This document shows, in pieces, positions 37,801 to 42,741 of a DNA stretch of 42,741 nucleotides. Origin of the DNA: Candidatus Brocadiia bacterium (GTDB lineage: Bacteria > Planctomycetota > DG-23 > SLPQ01). The position numbers and the translations under genes are program-made. Where the stretch lies: the NCBI GenBank assembly GCA_007131925.1, contig SLPQ01000065.1, forward strand, positions 1-42,741, in the 5' to 3' direction. The notes below the pieces were generated by a model. That model did no database searches, was not told the DNA's origin, and worked only from the letters and a program-made list of their open reading frames with translations. The first letter of the stretch is position 1; every line of letters starts with the position of its first letter.

Positions 37801-38232
37801 TCAGTCTGTGAGCGCAGGCCCCTTTTCCTTTTCCTTTGACGCGAGGTCCTCGATGGTCACTCCAAGAAGCACCTCGCCTATAGCCACGGATACCGCCTTC
37901 CAGACCTCTCGTGTGGCGCATCCGGGCGACCTGGAGCACTGCGCAGGGTCATCCAGGCACGGCACCAGCGCGGTACCCCCCTCGAGAACCTCCACAACCT
38001 CGTTGGCGCTGATCTGGCCCGGCGCTCGCGAAAGCGTATAACCGCCCCCCTGCCCCCTGTGGCTTTCAATGAGCCCCGCGCCACGCAGCGCGCCAAGAAT
38101 CCCGTCAAGATACTTCTTCGAGACGTCCTCCCGACCAGCGATTTCCTCGCTCGTGAGCGGCTCACCGCCCGCAAGCGCTATGCACTTCATTGCCCTCAGA
38201 CCATACCTTGACCGCGTCGAAAGCCTCATCAT
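37801..38232 (-). CDS. Rrf2 family transcriptional regulator (IscR/CymR-like, three Cys)
   Basis: MRLSTRSRYGLRAM, SKKYLDGIL, SHRGQGGGYTL, C-X6-C-X5-C (CLDDPAQCSRSPGC). The true start is ATG 38232 or 38229 after AGGGG, not the ORF-track start at 38610. Confidence 0.93.
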   Translation of the reverse strand: MMRLSTRSRYGLRAMKCIALAGGEPLTSEEIAGREDVSKKYLDGILGALRGAGLIESHRGQGGGYTLSRAPGQISANEVVEVLEGGTALVPCLDDPAQCSRSPGCATREVWKAVSVAIGEVLLGVTIEDLASKEKEKGPALTD

Positions 38233-38243
38233 GGCCCCTATGA

Positions 38244-38289
38244 ATAGTCTATCAATGCGATATACTATACAGCGGGCCGGCCTGCTTGC
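38244..38289 (-). promoter_or_regulatory. Sigma-70 promoter of the Rrf2 operon with an overlapping 25-bp palindromic operator
   Basis: TTGCAA-16 nt-TATAGT on the minus strand. ATAGTCTATC-AATGC-GATATACTAT (38244-38268) has 10-bp arms with one mismatch and covers the -10 and +1. Confidence 0.65.
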
Positions 38290-38717
38290 AAATAAATTTT
38301 TGATAAAGTGAACACGCAGGCTGGGATGACATCCGGATTGCACTATTTGCCGGCGGACAAGCCGCCGGCGCCTCAGGCGCGGGGGGAGCTGGCCGTGCCG
38401 AGCCGGCTGTTTACCAAAACTTTTTGTGCTTGCAGCCAGCACGCGCTGCATCGGGCGCAGCACGTCGTGACAGGCGAATATGCCGGTTTCTTTGCACTTG
38501 CGGCCCTTCAAAATGCTCTTGGCGGGGGCTGTACGTAGTGAGAGATACCTGCCGCGCGAGATTGGACGAATGACGCCAAGCTTGCCCATGGCAGGAAGGT
38601 TGAGCGCCAATCACTCGAAGACTCCGCCAATCAAGCGGCTCTTGCCGGCCCGGCCAAGGCAATGCTCAATCCCGCTTGAGGGTACAAGCAGCCCTGAATG
38701 AGCTCAGGCCAGGACGG

Positions 38718-40199
38718 CTACCTGTGCGAAAGGGCTTCGACCTGCTCGAATGGTACCAGCCTTACGGAACCGTCTCCAAAAAGCGCGTTTACGTGGTTGT
38801 CCCAGGTCACCCACCTGCCATACGCCACAAGGTCGCGCGGATCTTCGCGCATGCCGCTGCCAACGTAGGCTAATGCCCCTTCTCCCGTTAAAGCCCCTCT
38901 GTGATCGGAAGTCGCGATATAACCCCTGGCTGCAAGCACATCGAGGCGCTCCGGAAAGGCGCCATCGTGGTCCATTGCATACATTAGCAATGCGAGCCCC
39001 ACCTGTCTGAGCGTCTGACTTTCGGCAAAAATGGGGGACTTCTGCTCGAATGTCTCCCGGGCCATGGATTCCTTCTTCTCGAGGTCTTCCAGGGCGCTGC
39101 TTAACCGCGGGTCCATGTGGTGGAGGGGCTCTCTATCCAGGTACGCCTTCAAAGCCGTGTCGTTGGCACACACAAGCTCCAGAAGGTTAAGTGCGGCCCG
39201 CCGGTGCTCCTCAAAGGCCTGCTCCAGGATCGCTTGCGCCTCTTCATCCACATCAGGGTCCCCACGTAGAATCTGCGTTATGGCAGCCCTGGGGTAAAAG
39301 ACGTCGTGAAGCGCCCCCTCCAGCATGCCGCTCCACCTGGCGCCGGCACGCATCTCACTTTCTTCTTGCGAGCCGATTATCTCTATGAGGCTCGCATACG
39401 CCGCTGCAGCCGGCGAATCCTCCGCCGCTGCGACCGCCTGCTTCAGTCTGCAGGCGGCCCTGAGCGCGGACTTTGTCGCCCACCTCTGGTAGACCGTATC
39501 GTTGTGCGGCGCCATGTGACCCGCAAAGGCGAAAAGCAGCTCGGCCGCCAGGTCGCGCTCGCTTTCGGGAAGGTCGCTTACACACACTGTGACCCCAGGG
39601 CCCAGGCGGCTCAGAGAATGCACATGGCGCACAACACGTGTTGTGCTCACAGCAAGGAACCGCTCGGTCCCCTGAAGGCCCAGAACGTCAAGGGCCCGAA
39701 GAATCGCCGCGTGCAATGCAGGCTCAGGCAGTGTCATCTTCTCCGCCGATGCACCTTTTCTCAGCATCTCTATTGCATCGAGAGGCCTGCTCGACCAGGC
39801 ATGATCCTTGGCAACAAGGTAATAGCCCAGCGCATTGGATGGATCTTCGGCGATCAAGGCTCTTGCGAATGCTTCACCTTGTTGAGCTCGCACCGCGGTG
39901 AGTGCCGCCAGTTGCGCGGGCTCCTGTGGCATGAAGTAAGCGGCTTTCTGCAAGGCACTCTCTCGCACCTGGTAAAGGCGGGTGCCACTGAGAACGGCCA
40001 GACCTAAGAGGGTCTGGAAGTCTGAGGTCCGGTCTATGACGGACATGAGATTTTCCGCAGAAACCACTTTCTCAAAGCGCTCGCGGGCCTCCCCCAGGGG
40101 CTCGCCGGTCTCGCCGGCGACGTACGGCGCGGCTGCAAGACACAAAATGACAGCCGGCACCACTGTGGATTTCCAGAGTTTCAGACAGTCTGAGCCCAT
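38718..40199 (-). CDS. Exported helical hypothetical protein with a C-terminal pilin-like H-X9-DG-type module
   Basis: GGAGG SD, signal peptide, TPR-like EDPSNALGYY, and C-terminal LRQVGLALLMYAMDHDGAFPERL...HVNALFGDGSV. Confidence 0.72.
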   Translation of the reverse strand: MGSDCLKLWKSTVVPAVILCLAAAPYVAGETGEPLGEARERFEKVVSAENLMSVIDRTSDFQTLLGLAVLSGTRLYQVRESALQKAAYFMPQEPAQLAALTAVRAQQGEAFARALIAEDPSNALGYYLVAKDHAWSSRPLDAIEMLRKGASAEKMTLPEPALHAAILRALDVLGLQGTERFLAVSTTRVVRHVHSLSRLGPGVTVCVSDLPESERDLAAELLFAFAGHMAPHNDTVYQRWATKSALRAACRLKQAVAAAEDSPAAAAYASLIEIIGSQEESEMRAGARWSGMLEGALHDVFYPRAAITQILRGDPDVDEEAQAILEQAFEEHRRAALNLLELVCANDTALKAYLDREPLHHMDPRLSSALEDLEKKESMARETFEQKSPIFAESQTLRQVGLALLMYAMDHDGAFPERLDVLAARGYIATSDHRGALTGEGALAYVGSGMREDPRDLVAYGRWVTWDNHVNALFGDGSVRLVPFEQVEALSHR

Positions 40200-40471
40200 A
40201 CTTCGTCCTCCTCCACGCGACGGTGAAATATTGAAGTCTCCCGAGCAATGAGTGATTGCGCAGGCATTATTGTCTATCCGTCAGTGGCAGCGCATGGAAT
40301 TATTACACGTTGGGCGCGAGATTGTTCCCCGGGACTTCGCTTTTTTAAGGTGTTGACTCCGGCTGGCCGGTGCTTAAGGTTCAATATTGGCTTACATGCT
40401 GGCTTATCATGCGCAGGCGCCGAGCGCGCATCGGCCCTGCCGGACACCAAGGCACGTTTGGGAGGCTTTTC

Positions 40472-41488
40472 ATGGCTGCAAACGCAACAGTAGTCTTCAC
40501 TGCACCCAGGACCGTCGAAATCGAAGACCGCCCCATTCCTGAGCCCCGCGAGGGCCAGGTGGTTGTAAAGACCAGGCGCTCACTTATATCGACCGGAACC
40601 GAGCTTACCATCCTCAACGGCGAGTACCCTGAGGGCTCGGCATGGGAAAGGTACGGCAAGTTTCCCTTTGTCCCGGGCTACGACAACATCGGCGAGGTTG
40701 TCAAGACCGGCCCGGGTGTGGACGAGGCCCTTATCGGCAGGCGTATCTCATCATACGGCACGCACAGCATGTATGCGGCGGTTTCAATCGACCAGATCAG
40801 GCCTGTTCGCGAGGACACGCCGGATGACCTGGCGGCCTTCGGCACCATAGCAGACATCGTTTACAACGGTGTCCGTCGCGGCAGGCCCGAGTGGGGCGAG
40901 TCGGCGGTCGTATACGGTTTGGGGCTTCTTGGGCAGATGACGGTCAGGTGCTTGATTTTCGCAGGGCTCAAGCCGGTCTTTGCCGTCGACATAAGCGATG
41001 AGCGCCTCGCGCGCCTGCCGGAGCACCCCCGCATCGTACCTTTAAATCCGAAGACCACCGATGTGCGCAAGACGGTCGCCGAGAGGACCCGCGCCCGCAT
41101 GGCCGACATAGTGTACGAGGTCACCGGCGCGCCGGGGCTCATACCGAAGGAGTTTGAGGTTCTTAAGAACGTCGGGCGCATGGTGATCCTGTCGAGCCCT
41201 TCGGGGCCGACCGAGTTTGACTTTCACGACCTGTGCAATTCGCCCAGCTACACCATAATCGGAGCGCACGGCTCCTCATCGCCTGCATGCGAGACACCTT
41301 ACAACCAGTGGACCCGGCCGCGCAACACAGAGCTGTACTTCGACATGGCTACAGATGGCGACCTGGAGATGGAGAGTCTGATATCTCATTGTGAAGATTA
41401 TACCGAGGCTCCAGAGCTCTACCGGATGCTCATCGAGGACCGCAGCGCAGCCATGGGCGTTATTTTGAAGTGGAGCAGCAGTGGCTGA
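40472..41488 (+). CDS. Medium-chain dehydrogenase/reductase (zinc-binding dehydrogenase family, lacking the canonical catalytic Zn ligands)
   Basis: GGAGG SD; SLISTGTE and PGY in place of the C..D/GHE motifs; Rossmann VYGLGLLG; DIVYEVTG. Confidence 0.88.
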   Translation: MAANATVVFTAPRTVEIEDRPIPEPREGQVVVKTRRSLISTGTELTILNGEYPEGSAWERYGKFPFVPGYDNIGEVVKTGPGVDEALIGRRISSYGTHSMYAAVSIDQIRPVREDTPDDLAAFGTIADIVYNGVRRGRPEWGESAVVYGLGLLGQMTVRCLIFAGLKPVFAVDISDERLARLPEHPRIVPLNPKTTDVRKTVAERTRARMADIVYEVTGAPGLIPKEFEVLKNVGRMVILSSPSGPTEFDFHDLCNSPSYTIIGAHGSSSPACETPYNQWTRPRNTELYFDMATDGDLEMESLISHCEDYTEAPELYRMLIEDRSAAMGVILKWSSSG

Positions 41489-41539
41489 GGAACCTCCACA
41501 GCGCATTTTTTGTTTCGGTATTCAGGGAAGGAGCAAGTG

Positions 41540-42741
41540 ATGAGAACGTTGATAATCGCAGCGGCTCTTGCGGGTATTGTGCTCTGCATCACCGCCACAA
41601 CGCACGCAGATGAGTATCCGGAGAGGTGGATCATGGCCTTTGGCCTGCGCCTTGCCGAGCCGGAGGATGCCGAGAGTTTTATCGAGTTTATCCGGGAGGC
41701 GAAGGATCTCGGCTACACGCACGTATTCTTTGATGACTTTTACAACCAGACACTGCGCGCTATGCCGCAGAAGTATTTCGACCACATCGTGATGGTGCGC
41801 GATGCAGCCCGGGAAATCGGCATCACGATCGTGCCGGGCATATTCAATGTCGGCTATTCGTGGAGGGTCATATGGTATGACAGCAACCTCGCCGCGGGCA
41901 TACCGGCACGAAATGTGCCATTTGTCGTAGAGGACGGCGTTGCCACTGTCGACCAGACCGCCGTACCGCCTCTGAGAAACGGCTCCTTCGAGGTTTCCCC
42001 GGACGGAGGTCTCGGCGGCTGGAGGATTGCCGAGGGGCTCGAGCAGGTCATCAGCATCGATACAGAGGTCGCTCGCACTGGCAACTCCTCCCTCAGCATG
42101 ACAAACTTCGAGTCGCTGCCGCGCGATGACAGGGACCGCCCGATCAATGCCAATGTCGTACAGACCGTCGAGGTCGAGCCCTTCCAGTACTATCGACTCA
42201 CCATCTGGCGCAAGACCAGCGGCGTCGATGCAAGGGGCTCCAGTGTGCTCATTGCCCCCACTGACGGCAGGCGCCGTCGCCTCTCATACACTCACTTCGA
42301 GGTTGACCCGGTACAGGACTGGCGGGACTATGTATCGCCCGACTCTGACTGGCGGGAGTTTGAACTGACCTTCAACACACTTGAGTCAACCTCCATCGAC
42401 ATCACAGTCGGCGTGTCAGGCGCGACTGCCGGCACAGTGTGGTGGGATGACCTCAAGATCGAGCCTGCGGGCCTGGCAAACCTGCTGCGCGGCGACACGA
42501 AGCCCTTCGTGGTAACCAGCGCCGACGGCAATACTGTCTATGAAGAGGGGCGCGACTTCATGTACGTGGCCGACACGAAGCTGGGCATGGAGCCGCTGCC
42601 TGAGTGGCTCTCCTACCTGCCGCCGGGGGGCACCTACAGCGTGTGGCATCCCGGCCCGGACATCCGTCTCACGGAGCGTTCTGCGATCCAGGATGGAGAC
42701 ACGATACTGGTGTCGTACTTTCATCCGCACATCGTATACGG
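41540..42741 (+). CDS. Secreted putative carbohydrate-active protein (TIM-barrel-like N-terminus with an inserted CBM4/9-like domain), 3' truncated
   Basis: Not in the ORF track because there is no stop in the window. AAGGAG SD; MRTLIIAAALAGIVLCITATTHA signal peptide; REAKDLGYTHVFF; LRNGSFE...QTVEVEPFQYYRLTIWRKT...GTVWWDDLKIEP (CBM_4_9-like). Confidence 0.8.
   Translation, partial: MRTLIIAAALAGIVLCITATTHADEYPERWIMAFGLRLAEPEDAESFIEFIREAKDLGYTHVFFDDFYNQTLRAMPQKYFDHIVMVRDAAREIGITIVPGIFNVGYSWRVIWYDSNLAAGIPARNVPFVVEDGVATVDQTAVPPLRNGSFEVSPDGGLGGWRIAEGLEQVISIDTEVARTGNSSLSMTNFESLPRDDRDRPINANVVQTVEVEPFQYYRLTIWRKTSGVDARGSSVLIAPTDGRRRRLSYTHFEVDPVQDWRDYVSPDSDWREFELTFNTLESTSIDITVGVSGATAGTVWWDDLKIEPAGLANLLRGDTKPFVVTSADGNTVYEEGRDFMYVADTKLGMEPLPEWLSYLPPGGTYSVWHPGPDIRLTERSAIQDGDTILVSYFHPHIVY

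Noticed and set aside
38290-38717. Search for a TPP or SAM riboswitch ahead of the rrf2-thi4-met operon; CGCCAATCA direct repeat at 38605 and 38625; GC hairpin near 38349-38369
   Set aside because: No riboswitch core motifs were found and the promoter is immediately next to rrf2. The 9-bp repeat and the hairpin have no supporting context.
1-42741. tRNA, rRNA, tmRNA, RNase P, SRP RNA, CRISPR arrays, integrases/transposases, Sec/Pyl recoding or frameshifted genes
   Set aside because: No diagnostic motifs were seen by eye and all recognised genes have intact frames. A covariance-model scan would be needed to exclude divergent RNAs.

Overview
This is a GC-rich bacterial chromosomal window, most likely from Planctomycetota. 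That inference rests on an ECF/anti-sigma pair, three proteins ending in a pilin-like H-X9-DG-type module, and a GAF-MFP/M50-MFP cluster. About 36 CDS are supportable. They include a DegT-type aminotransferase (partial) with cysE, LysE, an ECF sigma with a zinc-finger anti-sigma, mutS, a PHP/hypothetical/D-aminoacylase run, an SGNH hydrolase, a three-gene membrane-fusion-protein/site-2-protease export-like cluster, Trm112-metallophosphoesterase-yidC, gmd-rmd, a DMT transporter, mnmE, an amidohydrolase and MATE. The right-hand part has an Rrf2-led sulfur operon (thi4-metY-metX-metW-cysK), an MDR dehydrogenase and a partial secreted CBM-containing protein. I saw no rRNA, tRNA, CRISPR array or intact mobile element. 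The most striking unexplained feature is in the ~860 bp gap after yidC. On the minus strand it has a perfect sigma-54 (-24/-12) promoter, four TGT-N12/13-ACA palindromes upstream (candidate enhancer sites), and ~320 nt of highly structured, apparently non-coding sequence ending in a stem plus U-tract. This is a candidate undescribed sigma-54-dependent regulatory RNA. All calls come from reading motifs by eye; no database searches were run.
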